A DNA stretch of 64,000 nt from Azolla caroliniana (lineage: Eukaryota; Plantae; Polypodiophyta): the NCBI GenBank assembly GCA_043228905.1, contig JBHGNT010000006.1, positions 22,134,001 through 22,198,000 on the forward strand. Direction: 5' to 3'. The position numbers were made by a program, and so were the translations under genes. A model generated the notes under the pieces. The model was not told the origin of the DNA and made no database searches. It saw only the letters and a list, made by a program, of their open reading frames with translations. Positions 40,101 through 55,100 of the stretch are shown in pieces; the first letter of the stretch is position 1, and each line of letters starts with the position of its first letter.

Positions 40101-43100
40101 GTTACTTTGTTTCTATCTTGAGCTCATTGCTGTAGGCCAACTTCCCATGCCACAAATTCTCCAAACATGGTCTTGCTTATGGCAAACAAAGTTGTTCATT
40201 CTTAGTACTTACATTGAAGTCCCCTAATACTATTATATCCCCCATAATAGAAAATCTTATGATATCATACAATGGCATCTCCACCCAGATTATATCATGG
40301 GGCACTGATGCTTTGCTCCTTGCTTGTGGGCAATCATTGAAACTAAACATCTCCATGTCCATGTGCCCTATGAAGGACCAGTCCCCAAATTTCTACTTTA
40401 TAGAGTTGGTTCTACAAGTTTATCAAACAACCACAATTTAGTTCGTGGTTCTTTGAACTGGATATGTGCACATTGTCTCTCAAGGTCATCAAGGGCTGCA
40501 TATTGACAAGAAAGTTGAGCGCAGCCAGATTTCTGTGGGGAGAACCGAGTCCCTATGAATATTGCTCCTAGAGATGTGTAGGACCATCTTAGAATTCAGG
40601 TTTGAATCTTTCATTACCCGTGCTGAGGCTTAGTCCCCAAATTTTTACTCTGTAGAGGAGTTGGTGCTATAAGTGTATCGAACAATCACAGTTCGATTTT
40701 GTGGTTCTTGGAACTGGATACATGTGTACTGCCTCTCAAGGTCATGAAGGGATGCATATTCACAAGAAGTCGAGTACAGAATTAGAATTAGAATTTTTAT
40801 CGTCCATAAAGAGGCCAGTTTTGACTTATGGGACATGAGTATAAATGTGTTCTTGGTATGTGTCTCCTTCCTAAGAAGTTGTATTCATACATTGAAGCAC
40901 AAAGTCTCTATGCGTGAATAAAGCATACACATATGAGCTCAACCTTCTAGGTGGTGTCTTTAAGTATGGGACTTAAGTTATCACTCCCTCTTAGTATGTT
41001 AGCATATCGTGAACTAATTGCACTATATGTCGAGCATGTGAAGAGCAAGCGACATTCATCGTCTACCATGCCTTCATTGCATACTTTACATGTCTTCAAA
41101 TTCGTTACATTTTGATACCATGATGCAACTTCAATACCTAACTTGTGAGATCGAGTGCGAAGTAGTGTAAGGGCTCTACGAGCATTACTACTCATATTGG
41201 TAATGAGATAAGGTTGGATACAGTCAATAGGCATTCTTGCTTTATATTGAGACCAACATTCAGGGTTGACATTTGCAATGTAGTATTCTAGCTTTGTCCT
41301 CTTTGCATCTTCCCACTTCATCCTTAATGATTCCACCAAGAGCATAACTTGGTTGACATTTCTATGGGAACACCTATTTCCAAGAGCATAACCTAGTAAG
41401 AGGTAGTGCATTTAACTCCTAATTGCCTCCTTAAAAACATCTTTTGAATTTTCTCAATCTCATTCCATGCATTAAGAGAGATGGTGCCACCCCATACATC
41501 TACTCCATAAAGCAATACTTGAGCTACCATGGCATTGATCAACATTAGTTTTACTTCCCATCCACAAGTATAACTTTGGTTGCATTGGTTCTCCAAAAGG
41601 TAATACGATTTCCAACCTGCTTGGAGCCTAGAATCAAAGCATGCACTCCATTTATTTGTGGCGGGTACATCAATACCAAGATATTTAAAGCTTCGAACAA
41701 ATTGTATATGTTCACCTCTATATGTGAGCATAGGGTAATGATGAGGTTGGATGGTTTGTACTACCATCATTTTTGTTTTCTCCACATTCACTGCTAGTCC
41801 ACTACTATGGCAAAATTCTTCTATTACCCCAAGTAAATGTTGTATACTATCAACATCATATGAGAAGAGTGCCACATCATCTGCATATAGAAGCAATAAG
41901 ATAACATGTTGCATCAATTTGGGGGCATTCAATCCTTCTTCTCTTGCAACCTTATTCACCACTTCTTCTAATTTATCAATACGTAAGCTAAAGAGTGTAG
42001 GTGATAGTGGACATCCTTGCTTAACCCCCTTGTTACTTAAAAAGTGCTTTGAGAATCCACTATCCATTTTTAGTTGGTATTTAACTTGTTCATATAGGCG
42101 TGCAACAACAACTTGGTACTTTAATGGCATGTCAATCTCTACCATTCTATTCCAAAGCTCACTTCATGGTACGGTATCAGAAGCTTTCTTGAAATCTACA
42201 AAACAACAATAAAATGTTTTTCTTTGTAGTCGACTCTCTTCCATGATTACTCTCAATGTGACCAAATGATCCACAAAAAGATTTACATGGGGAGAATTGA
42301 GGCCCTATGAATATTACTTGATAGATATGAGTAGGATTGTGTGTAGAACTCTGTTTTAAATTTCATTATGTATGCTTCAGTGGTGTTAAAAAAATCATCA
42401 CTTTGGTTTTATTGGTGTGAACCAACAAATTTTTATCTTTACAAAATGACTTCAAAATGTTACCTCCATAGAGTTGGAGATCAACACAATGTCATCGACA
42501 TATGGTAGTGTTGGTCTGGCTGCTAAGCATGCTCCTGAACTACCCGATCTTTCTTATGTAATTGGATGTTTGCTTGTTTCAATCCTTAACTGATGTGAAA
42601 AGGTCTTGAGCTACTTTGTCATGCTACAGAGTGCATGAGATATATGTAGATCCATATAATAGGACAGATGATATGTCCATCTTCAGACAACTGGAAAAGG
42701 AGGGCAATATAGGGGGGCATCTTCATACCAAGAGCTGTTGTAAAGAGACGGATAATGATGACCTGGGTAAAAACATAATGAAAAGATAAAAGTGTAACTG
42801 CAGTTGCCAGGATTGATAGGCAAGTAGAAGCAAATAAAGAATAGACATGGTGTACGCACATATACTACACATTCTGTCAATTCTACGGTGTCTGTCAACT
42901 TCTATCAAGACCATTAAAATTTTAGCCAAGTACTGAGTCATCGACGATAGATTTGCCTTTCATATGCAGAAAAGATAGAGAATATTCATGGTCTAGTGAA
43001 TATCCCTAAATCCAGTACTGAAGGTATAATCTGATTTCATGGCAAATATATAATCTGTTTATGATGCTGAAAAAATTGAAAAGTAAAAATTTAGCGCCAT

Positions 43101-46100
43101 TGTTGATACAGTAATTCTATAGCTCAAAATATCTGGCATTTCTGATGAGTGAAGTTGGGGTTTCAGTTCTAGCAAACCTATGAAGAAAGGGGGCATAAAT
43201 ATATTCCAGTTTGATAGCATGCATATGTTTATGATGGTAGGTTCTGTCTCTCTAAATCACAGTGTTGGCAGTTGGATCAATGGAATTAATGTATTCAAAG
43301 CAACATCAAAAGCAAAACTGTATGTACATTTAAGGGATGCATATAACAACTGGATTTATGGAGCTTCTATTCAAAATCAGAAATTAATTGGCAAAGTCAA
43401 GAAAGAAACAGATACAGAAACTATTATATATCAAGCTTCCCTTTTTGCTGATGTAAAAGCGGGATACCAACTGTTTGAGTATAAGACAACCACACCAGGG
43501 AATTATCTTCTACATGTCGTGGATCCAGAAGGAGTTACACTTTTGAAATCTCCTTTTAAGTTTAACATTACTGCAGGTATATCAACTATTGTGCTTAATA
43601 TATGTGGCTGATAATTGCTTATATTCCTAATATGTGAAGAAAGTAAATCTACTTTGAATAAATTTGAGTTGATCTAGTGTGTAATTGGTTTGTGAACAGG
43701 AGATATTTATGTAGTAAATTGTTTACTTGACTGGGATGAGGGAAATAACACTTTTAAGGCAGGGCAGGTGGCTTCACTCTTTATTTTAATCAAAGATGTC
43801 TACAACAATACTTTCAGTACAGAGAATGGCCGGTCTGATTTTTTTCAGTTTTCTGTAATTTCAAATAGTTCTGAAATTGCCAATCTTTCGGTGAGCTCAG
43901 AAAGTGATTCAGGACATGAAATTATTCAGTTTGTTCCATTTACAGCGGGGAGGCTGTTTTTGCAAGTTGGCAATGTGGATGACACACAAATAACAGGCTC
44001 ACCATTTACACTTTATGTGGTGCCAGGTACATATATTCGTAGACATTACAATTACAATATATCTGACTTGTGAATCTTACATTTACCGATAACAAATTCT
44101 TTAGTCTCGTTTTATCTTATTTACTTTTTTTTTTTACTTAGTAACATTTATTTATTTTGATTTCTTGTTCTCAAAGACGTCTCAACACTTAAGATGTGAT
44201 CTCCTGTTTGGTCTTATAGGCCATTTTGGCCTCTTAAAAGACGTTAATATATCTTTCTTTCTTTCTTTCTATATCTTAAAATACTTATATATATATATAT
44301 ATATATTTCTTTCTATATGACATTCCCGGGCAGTCCCCACACATATGTCTCATGCTCACGTTGTCGTGAAGATGCCCTGCAATGGTGTGAAATTCTTGTA
44401 AAAAGGGGCCAAGTGCGGGAGTGCAAACATGTGTGAACGTGGGGCAAAGGTGCCATAGGCACAGGTACCAAAATAAGGAAAAGTGAAGGGTGCATGAGGT
44501 GTACAAAAAGTAAGTGAGAAGAAATGCACATGTGCAAAAGGGTAGAGAGATGAGAAGCAAATGTGCATAAAGGAATGAAAAGGAGGAGGTGCACAAGTGT
44601 ATAAAAGTTATGAGAGAGAGAGAGATTCACACACACACGTGTGAAAGTGAGAGAGGCACAAGGTTCCACACAATCAGTCATAAATAAGCCTTGATTTAAG
44701 GCCAATATTCCTCTCTTGAAAAGGAGAGCAATATTATGCCATTAAAGGTAAGGTGGCTCCCTTCTCGTTTCGATAGATAAAGGCCATTGTAGGTGCTTCC
44801 CTCGCTTCGGAGACCTCTCCATTCTGGATCAACCTATGCTCGAGATCTTTCGAAGACAAAAGTTATAATATATTTAACTTGAGAATCGCACATGTTCCCA
44901 AAACCACATTCTTTACTCTCTCTTTATCTTATTTACTTTTATATTTACTGAGTAATGTTTATTCTATTTTGGTTTATTGTTCTCAAAGACAAGACAACAC
45001 TTACATTGTAATCTCTTGTTTGGTCTTATAGGCCATTTTGGCCTCTTAGAAGACATTAATATCTCTCTCTTTCTTTCTACTAATTTATTCCTATTTTTCT
45101 TGGCATTTGTTTACAGCGGCACTTTCAATTTCCTCTTGTACTGCTGAATGGGTAAATGGGAACTTATTTCTGGCAGGATCTTCTGCTTCTTTTAAAATCA
45201 TACTGAGAGACAAATATAAAAATATGTTGAATTCTACCTTGAAGAATCAGAATACCACAGGATTCAGTATGATACTATACTCTATAGGATCTATACAACG
45301 GATGATTCCGACCAATTTTTCAGTCACATCTGGTTTGGGCTATGAGCTGGTACATTTTGTACCTTATATTGTTGGAAATTTCAAGATATGGATAGGGAAG
45401 GATAACATTGCGATTTCAAATTCAACCCTCAAATTCTCTGTAGTCTCAGGTAATATTGACTGCTCAATTCAACGAAATAAAATTCCATAATATTCTACCA
45501 TCAGATAAGTATGTATTCAGATAACCTTATCAGCTAAGTTGATTGATTCCAAGAAATTTAATTAGAAATGATGTAAAAATCCCTTAGTTAAAGTCACAAC
45601 TCACTGGTCATGACCCTTTGGTGAAGTGAGACTAAATGGTCATCTTCTTGCCCATGTTATTCTGCAGTATATCATTATTAACCAGATATGTTATAAGGGA
45701 CAGTGTGTTTTTGAAAGTTTCACATTGATGGCAACAATTGTGCTCATTTCGTTTGAGCTATTGCTTATCATATAAGAGGGGAAATTAACCTTTTTTGGTA
45801 GTTTTCCATTGCCCATCATTTAGCACGTCTATTACAGGGAACCTTTTGCCTTAATATCCTATTGATTGGTAATATCAAGTATTACAACATACCAAGCAAG
45901 CCATTGTCTCATTCTCAGCTGCACATTCACAATATTGTGATTAAACTCAATTAGATTTATTTGAGAAGCAGACCTATGTTATTAGAGCTCAATACTCCCA
46001 AGCTATTAAATAATTTGATGTAGGCAATGGTTTATTTTGTACGGCTTCCATCAATAATGACAAAGACTTAGATACTCTAGTTATAGTATCTATATATATA

Positions 46101-49100
46101 ATTTGTGTACAATCATCATACCTAGGTTGCTTGGCAATATCAATGGTTTTTGGTAAATTTAATATATATGCAAAGCCCTGTTTTCAAAACAAAAAAACTT
46201 CTTCATTACAAAACAATTTGTGAGTTTGAACCTGAATTGTAAATTTTATTGATAAAAAAATGTCTCTCAAGTCTGGGTGTTTGATGAATTCCACTGTCAG
46301 TTGCTTCCCTGCTACATATTTTCCAATTTAACTGCAAAGCCTATGAATAAAAAGGATATTTGGTTCATAAATAAAAAGATAATACATTTCTGTTTATGTT
46401 TATGATTCTAGCAACTGTTTCAATTGCACAATGTCGAGCTTCATGGCATAATGGTATCAACAAGTTCAGAGCAGGAAATGATGCTGCAATCAATATTTCT
46501 TTGCATGATGCCTATGGCAACAACATTCGAACTAAAATTAATGCCAGCACTTTGCAGTTCTCTCTGAGGGTAAATGGGAGGAAGGGAGAAAACATGTATA
46601 TATCAAATATAGCTATACTCATGAATCATGGAAATATTTCAATCACCTTTATGCCTTGTTTGGTAGGGGTATTCTCTCTACAAGTTGAAAATAATGGTGA
46701 AGAAATTCAGAATTCTCCTCTCTCATTTACTGTGTATCCAGGTAAACTATAAACTTACCAATGAAGATAATATTTTATTATTCTATTTTATTTTTGAGAA
46801 GCATACACCTATTTAAGATTTAGAGGATCGCCTTATGTGCAGTTCTTTTGCGATTCAGGAAATATCTCTATCCATGCTTCTCTTGGTTCCTGGTATGGTG
46901 GAGTTAATCGTTCCAAACCAGATGAAGTCTTGAAACTCAACATTTTGATTAGAGACGTTTTTGGGAATCCTGTCCTTTCACCATCAAATAAAACTGTTTC
47001 AGATTTATTTATACCAAAACTTGTCAATGACCAAGGACAAGACACAGAGAATTTGACATTTAATATTGGTTTCACAAATGTACCTGGAAATATCGTTCTT
47101 TCATTTTCAACAAGGAAGACAGGGAAGCAATGGTTGCAGGTGGGACGACATGGAAATCAGAGTGAATTCCTTTTCAATGCACCCTTGTCTTTCTTTGTGG
47201 AGGATGGTAAATTGATCCATCTTTAAAGTTAGTACTTTATTTCCATTATTATATTTGCTAGAAATTTGATGTCTTTATGTTGGGCACGTGATGCAAAATA
47301 GGAATGGTTGCAGAAATCTTGGCTGTTTATTATTTGATGCATTGTGTTTTCAAAGCAAACACATGCCTTTAACTTTACACATGTTCCACGCATCTATGGA
47401 TTTCTGTAAAGTTTTACCTTTGGTGCATGAAAAATCCAGATTCTTTGGTTTCAATCAACTATACATATTTGTGTGCCCTTAAATGTTAGATCTTACACAA
47501 CTGTGTCCCCTAAGCTCTCTCTAGGCTCCCTCTGCAAGCTCCAGCTCTGTCCACTGGAACAGCGTATGCATACTGTTCAGCTTCAAAGTTTTGTCCTTAT
47601 ACAGATGTAGGTCTTACACATGGCCTATCCATTTTCATCAACGCCATAATAATAACCATCATTGCTTTTATATATCTATCATTGACACCCCTGAAGCCCA
47701 TTTACGAGTGTCAAACTAATTTTTATTTCGAGCTATGTTTCCACTCACAGTTTTAGTTCTATTTTTTAATGTTAATTGGTGAAGAGTATTTCATATAGCA
47801 ATGATTGCCAAGGTGTTTAAGAGGCCAATGTCTAAGCATCGTGATTATGCGATAATCTTGATAACATGCAGTATTACTACAGGTCCTCTATCATTTCAAC
47901 ATACATATGCCGAATGGAAATATCGAGTCAATATCTTTGCACCAAATAAAGGAGTAAAACTCTACATTTTTCAAAAGGATAAATGGGGGAATGCTGTGGG
48001 TGCCCTGGCTAATCTTCAAGTTATAATATACCGAGGAGACGAAACAATACCATCTCCTTATGCAGATATTTGGTTTCAAGCTGCAGAGGGTTCTGGTAAA
48101 GGAACTCAATTGATAACATTCACAACCACCGCTGCTGGAATATTTTCATTATACATAGAGGACGTATCAGGGAACAAAATTAGTGGGTGTCCATATAATT
48201 TCTCAGTGCTTGGAAGTAAAACTCTCCTTCCTTCACTGTTTTGATTATGTTTAAGAACATTTTACTTAATGCATGAGATGGAATGATTCTTGATATGGTT
48301 TACAAGCAAGAAATGCATAACTTCATAAGAAACATGGTATTAGAAGTTAGCTGACTCAGCAGAGTATGCACTCTATGTGCAGATTCCTATCCTGCAAACA
48401 CATAAGTGAGAAGTATGCCACATTATTTGCTGACCTCTACTACATGATGGAGAAGGATTACCCATGTCTCTTAGACCAAGGTCCGCCCGAGTGTAAGAAA
48501 CATAAGCAATCAACCTGTACATTAGCACATGGAATGCAGGGGCAATCACACATCACTGACTTCTTCCATGGTATACACTCCCGACGACAATGTGCCGTGG
48601 AATCACCATTGAGCAAGAAAAGGAATCCTGTGGTGACAGTAGAGATATCTAGTACCAGGAGACAGTGTACATGAGTCAAAAGAATCCTGTGTTGACAATG
48701 GAAATATCTTGTATCAGGATACAGTGCCATAAGTCAAAACAGAGCCATATCATTGCTTTTCATTATCACTTGAGGACACCTCTAAGAGGAATTCATGCAC
48801 TTCATCTTTCCTCGCTCTACCACACCATCATCCAACGCCATGACCCATCACTACCACTCATCCTATATATAGTAGATATGTGCTTCATGCTTGTAATTCC
48901 ATCCAATGAATTAATGTCAGTATCATGGATAACCAAAATAACCCATAGTTGTAATAATGGTTTGCCTCATTGGTTGATTTCAATATCTGGTAGGCATTAA
49001 TATATCTTTCTTTCTCAGGGGAACCTAGTGAATAGCCATTCAATTGTCGCACTTGTGATGCACACATATTTACACATGATTATAGGCAGTGATTGCATCA

Positions 49101-52100
49101 ATGGATCTGGAGTTCCATCATCTGCCACTGAGCACACTCTAATAGGTGGGAGATACTGATGTCATTCTACTAGATTCTTGAGAGACAATGCACGAATTTT
49201 TTAGATAATTTATGATACATATGTCCACATTCCTGGTGTTTACAATGAATAACATCATCACAATGTCTTATCTGTATTTTTCTTGTTATCAGACATTATA
49301 TCAGATCTCATTGGATATAACTTCTTTGGTTTCATCTGCAATTTGGTTTTTCTAAGATGTTACTATGACATTTCATTTCTCTTACATGCACTTAATTAGT
49401 AAGTCCTGATCAATTTGGTCTCATAAAGGTATATTTACTGTGTAAACATAGCATATAATATTCTGATTTTTTTTACAGCGTATATGGTACAAGAAAACAA
49501 ATCTCTTATATATGGATTAGGATTAAACCCTTCTGTTGTTGGTCAGTTGTCAACATTTTTTATACAACTCAAAGATATTGATGGGGAAAATGTGGAAGGA
49601 TATAGTCGAACAGTCTCAGCAATCGTTGACCCAGAAAGTGAAAACGAGATGAAAGTCATTGGAACCAGAGTGTTAGATAAAGTTGGCCTTTATAAAATAA
49701 GTATTACACTCAATAGATCTGGAGAACATGATATGCTTTTGTTGTACTGCAATGTGCCATTAAATTCTTCAAGACAAATAAAAAAGGTTGTATATGCAGG
49801 TAGACTTTTAATGAGCATGTCTATGATTGTAATTTTTAACAAGTGTTTACTTCTGTAATTTGCAACCATGTATGCCCAATAGTGGCTTTAGTCCGTGGAA
49901 GTAGTTGAGGGGAAGTTTTTCAATGAAGTTTTCATCTGAAATTTTCAATGTAGATGACCATAGGCTATCAAGAAAAAGTCATGGATAAACTCAATCTGTC
50001 TGTAGACATCTCAAAAGAAGCATGTCCGTGAATAGTATAGATGCTTCCATCCAATATACCATAATAGAGATTGAGTGGGAACACCTTTGTTGTTCACACT
50101 ATGGTCAGTCAATATGCAGAGGTAGAGATGCTTCTTTCCCATATACCTTAAAAGAGGTTGAGTGGGGACACCTTTGTTGTTCACACACTATGGTCAGTCA
50201 ATATGCCTTGGTCTTTGAAGTATTACTAGATTTGCTTAAGAAAATCTCATCCAAATCAGAACAGTCTAGATTCCAGGTGGTTCCTCCGAACAGTCTTGTT
50301 CCATAAAATGTAACTGATGATATCAAGCACTTTATTACTCTCAGGTTCTAACTTGTACTTTGGATGTCTTTCTTGGCTGCAAAAATATCAATGCAGCGTA
50401 GACAGTTTATGTTGTGTCAAGGCTTTGTCGAACTTTTAATCTTTATGGTCATAGTTGCAGGATATTCCACTGGTATCTTGAACATTTTGCCTCCTGATGA
50501 TTCAGATGATCATCATAAATACAGTCCCGGACAATATCCACCATCCACCTTGTGATATATATGAAACAGCTGGTATGTGCATACTTAATAGGCAGTAATT
50601 CTGTCTACTGTAGAATTACTGATGAGACAAGGATATCATACCAAGATGTCATGATTTAATTATCCCAGTCAGTTAACCCTCTGACTGATGCGTAGTGACA
50701 TCGATTACCCTCCAATGCAAATCATCTTCACCGTCATAGCCACTTTCTAATTGATTTGAGATTAACTATTATCAGTCAGATGATCGTCAGCAAAATAGTG
50801 TTCTGTACAATATCCAGTATCCACCTTGTGACGTATCTGGGACAGCTGTTACGCACACACATGATAGTAAGTGATTCTGTCTATGTGTCAAGGATACTGT
50901 GCCAATATGTCATGATTTACTTATGCACTAACCATCAAAGTAACACATTGATATTGATTAACCATTCAATGGAGAAGCACTTGTGATGGCGAGAGATAAG
51001 GTGTTTATCTGTCAATGGTGAGAGATCATGGTTCATGAGGGCGAGGCCTATGTGCACGGCAAATTGCAATTGTCCAATCTATTAAAACCTCTTTTCCTGG
51101 TCCTGGTTGGGAGCCCATTCGTGTAGCCCTTGATTGACTTATAGCATGAGGAGTGATGGTCCATAAGAAAGTTGTGATTATTCTTTGTTGATGAGCTTGT
51201 GTGGCTATATTATATTGTCCTTCAACAACTTCTCCCTATGTCTCTTGAGTTCTAGCAAAAAAATCCCCAAGCATGGTTGGTCCTCATGTTCCATTACCTT
51301 GTGTAGGTGGCCAAAGCCTTGGTTAAAGAGAGTATCTCTCATTTCATAAAAAACACTACAGTGACAAACATTGTGTCCTCAGATTCCTGATGACACAATT
51401 GGCAAATTCTTTCTTCGAGAGGTATTCGTGCATATCTGCCCATCTCAATCTCTAATGGATGTGAAGAAGTTTGCAGCTGCTCTATCACACTGCGCAGTGC
51501 ACAGGTTAGATGTATGTCCATATAAGAGAGCCTGATGAATAATCCATCCACCGATGTGTGTAAAAGTGTCTTATAATGGACCATCTTCTTGCCAAAGGGA
51601 TATTTTGGGGTTAATACTTGTTATCTTGTTTTCAAAGTTAATAATATCAGTTTGGATTACTCTATCCTTTTCCACTTTGATCATGTTTAGATGAGGACAA
51701 TCCAAGCTATATTGGAATGGTGTTATTGCATTTATGCTTCTGCCATGTGGCTCGAACCATTGGTTGGTTTGAGCATACCAACAATGAATATCTCCATGTT
51801 CAGCAAGTTGTTTTTTATGACGTAGTGCCAAGCTTGAGTACCTTCGTTTAAAGAGCTCCCAAAGCCATTGGATACAGCTCGCTGATCTGAATAATGCCTC
51901 GATGATTATAAGGGCTGCTCCCATCTCTTTCCAGATTATATAATGTGGCACCAATGCTTTGCTCCTTATCATGCAGGCAATCATTGAGACTAAAGGTCGC
52001 TCTAAATCTTTCAAGTTATTTGTTTTGGTAAGACTCTGTCCCCATGTTTCTACTCCATAGAGAAGAGTTGTTGTCACAAGTGTATCAAAATAGCCATATT

Positions 52101-55100
52101 TTAGTTCGCGGCTCTTGGAACTGAAAATCTGCAGATTGTCTTTCAAGAGCACCAAGAGAAAGTCCGGCACAAGCAGCCTCCCTCAAGGAGAGAACCTAGG
52201 CCCTATGAAGGTTACTCCTAGGTATGTGTAGGAGTGTGTGTATGCAACCTTTTCCACGAGAAGAATTTTGGTTCTGATCTTATTACCCATGCTTGAGTGG
52301 TGTTAAACACTATCATTTTAGTTTTATTCATGTTTATTGACAAGTTGTTTTCTGTAGAAAGTACTTTTAATGTGTTTAGATGTCTTTTTAGTCCCTCCGG
52401 AGAGTCAAAGATCAGCACAATATCATATGCATATAGTAATATTTGTATGGCTGTACCCGCTAGGCATGCTCCTGAACCCCTGAATCTCTCTATGTAATGT
52501 GATATCTCATGACTGAAGAGAGTTAGTGATAGTCGGCATCCTTGTTTAACTTCGATTGTGCTAGCTACCATCTCCAACAAACCATTGGGAGAGCGCACTT
52601 TTCCTGATATGGATTCATTCAGTGCATAGATTCTCCATTGCATATCTATAGTGACACCAAGGGCTTCTAGATGTTGCAAAAACCGAGCATGCATCACAGT
52701 GTCGAAGGATTTTTGGAAAAGCAGCAATAAATCCTCTTGTTATGGGCTCTGCCTTCCTTGGTAAGGGATCGAAGGGTCAATTTGTGATCCAATGTTGTGA
52801 ATGGAAGCAATTTCACTCTCCCCATATACTCAATTCTGAGTCTAGGATCAAGCCATATAGTATTGTCAAGTGATGCTCAATCATGATTATCCTATAATTG
52901 CTTATGTGGGAGAAGCTTGTAGGTCTATTATTAAAGAAACCAAATTCTTCATTTACATTACTCTTCTTTGTTGTGGTAATCCTGTGCATATAACTATTAA
53001 GTATATATTTCCCTATATTTCTTCATATTAGGCATATATCAGATCCTTTAACTTTTGCTTACATTATGGTTCTTTTTCAGGAAACGTCAGCATTGCAGAT
53101 ACTGTTGTTGCTGCTACAGATGGCCTAAAATACCATCCACTTATTTTAGTTCCCCTTCCTATTGTAATTCTGTTGAAAGATAAATATGGAAATCCTGTTC
53201 CAGGTCAAGCTAGCCTGCTCAGTATACAGTTCACAGGTCATAAAAGGTCGCCAGAATTTAGCTCCTTTCAAGAGATGGAAACGGGGAATTACACAATTAA
53301 TTATCGAGCTTTTGAGATTGCACCTATGAATATATCTGTATATTATAGAGGGAACATAACGATACCTGGATTTCCATTCTATTGCTACACACATTCATGT
53401 AAGATGATGTCAATTAATATATAAGTTTTAGTTTCTCCCATCTGCATCATCTAAACAATTTGATATAGGAGTTTTGCAGCTGGCTGGTTTCCTCTTCCTA
53501 AGCCTGACATATCGTGGACATGGGAGAATACAACTGCAATCATTAATGTGTTGGATAATGATTACTTTCGACACAAACCAGGTGTTCTCCAAGGAGTGCA
53601 GAAGGTACATGAATATTGTGAATGTAGATCTTTCTTCTACTCTGTTGTAGCTCATGTAGATTGCTGTTTTTAGTTCTGTGCATTATAGTTGAACCATATA
53701 ATATCTTTCTAATCGGGATGATTTTAATAGTGAATGACGTCGATGGGTCAGCCACTCAATAACTGTCCAAACCATGTCCATGATATGAAAAGTAGGGGAA
53801 GCTAGCAAAAACCTAGTTCTATTTTTTTGGCGAAGCATTATCTTCCATTATCCTTTGAATTCTATCATAGTATTATACATATACAAATAAGTTACTGATT
53901 AATAATGCAGATAGTTTCCAACCAAGTGGATCTAGGTCATGCTGGGGAAAATGTAACTTGATGATTATTAGGGAAGTCATGCAAAATGTTATTATGTAAC
54001 CTTCTATTTGATTTGAACCAATGACTTTCAATGTAGTTAAGAAAAAAAGCAAGCATCTCTTAAAAGAGGCTAGCATGGCCTATGAAATTGAACGACAGAT
54101 TGCATCTGAAAATGTTATCTGATGATTTGGAAAACAAACCAGAATACCTATATGAGCAAATTAAGAAAACTGTTTCTGGCTATTCGTGAAGCATTCAGCT
54201 AAGTGTGTATATGTAAGCTATCCATGCTCCTGTGGAAGAATCACAGATCTTCCAGTTAACTTAGAGAGTCATGAAGTTAGATGACTCCCAAAGTTTAGGC
54301 AAATCCTAACTTAGACTTAGGTGAGTCGTAGATTTGAAAGATGCCTCATTAAGACATGTTCTGATTTAGACAAATCCTCAACTTGGACAAATCCTAGCAT
54401 TTAGACATATTCTGATTTAGAAGATTCGACCTTCTTGAACATAGACAACTCATTGATCCAACACTGCTCATGGTTGCACCGGTATAAGGAGTCTGGACAT
54501 GAAACATGAGGATGGGTTCTTTGCAATTAGGGTTATATAGGGGGAGAAAGAAAGGGGAGTAGATCAACTATCCAACGGAAAGTTCTCACCTATAAAAATC
54601 CACAACTTTGAACTCAGGCTGGGTGCAAAGTATTTGGAGAGGCGCCATTGTCTACCTATAGCCAGAATTGCCATATGAGCGTAGGACCATTAGAGAGTTA
54701 CACACCTCCGTTAGGAGAAGAAATGGGTAAAACCTTAGGAACGAAACATTTGGCCAACCCAGAGCTAGCCAAGATCAGGCAACCATAGTCACCCAAGGAA
54801 TGCATACACGCAGCACAGACCAGGCTGTGATTCCCAAACTGAGATATATCCTGACTATGCCAAGCAATGCACTCATTTGCCTCCATGATGGTTCAGGAAC
54901 TGCAGTGAATCCATTTTGGAAACTGCTCTAGTAGCAGATTTCAGGTTGATGCTTGGTGAGAAAGCCAGGAGATGGTTCAGAACTCTTTCCAAGGAAGTTT
55001 TGAATGACTTTAGTGTTAAAAAAGAAAAATATCTTAAAAAACGGCCTATTGGGGGGACCAAATGGAACCCTGTTGACTTATTGCTCTTGCTAAAACAAAT

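Noticed and set aside
47551-47580. Short palindrome gaacagcgtatgcatactgttc
   Set aside because: Too short for a miRNA precursor or MITE, with no TSD; compatible with chance.
43180-49858. Separate small genes suggested by the ORF track
   Set aside because: Each ORF is an internal exon with AG/GT boundaries in consistent phase, so they belong to one GEX2-like gene.
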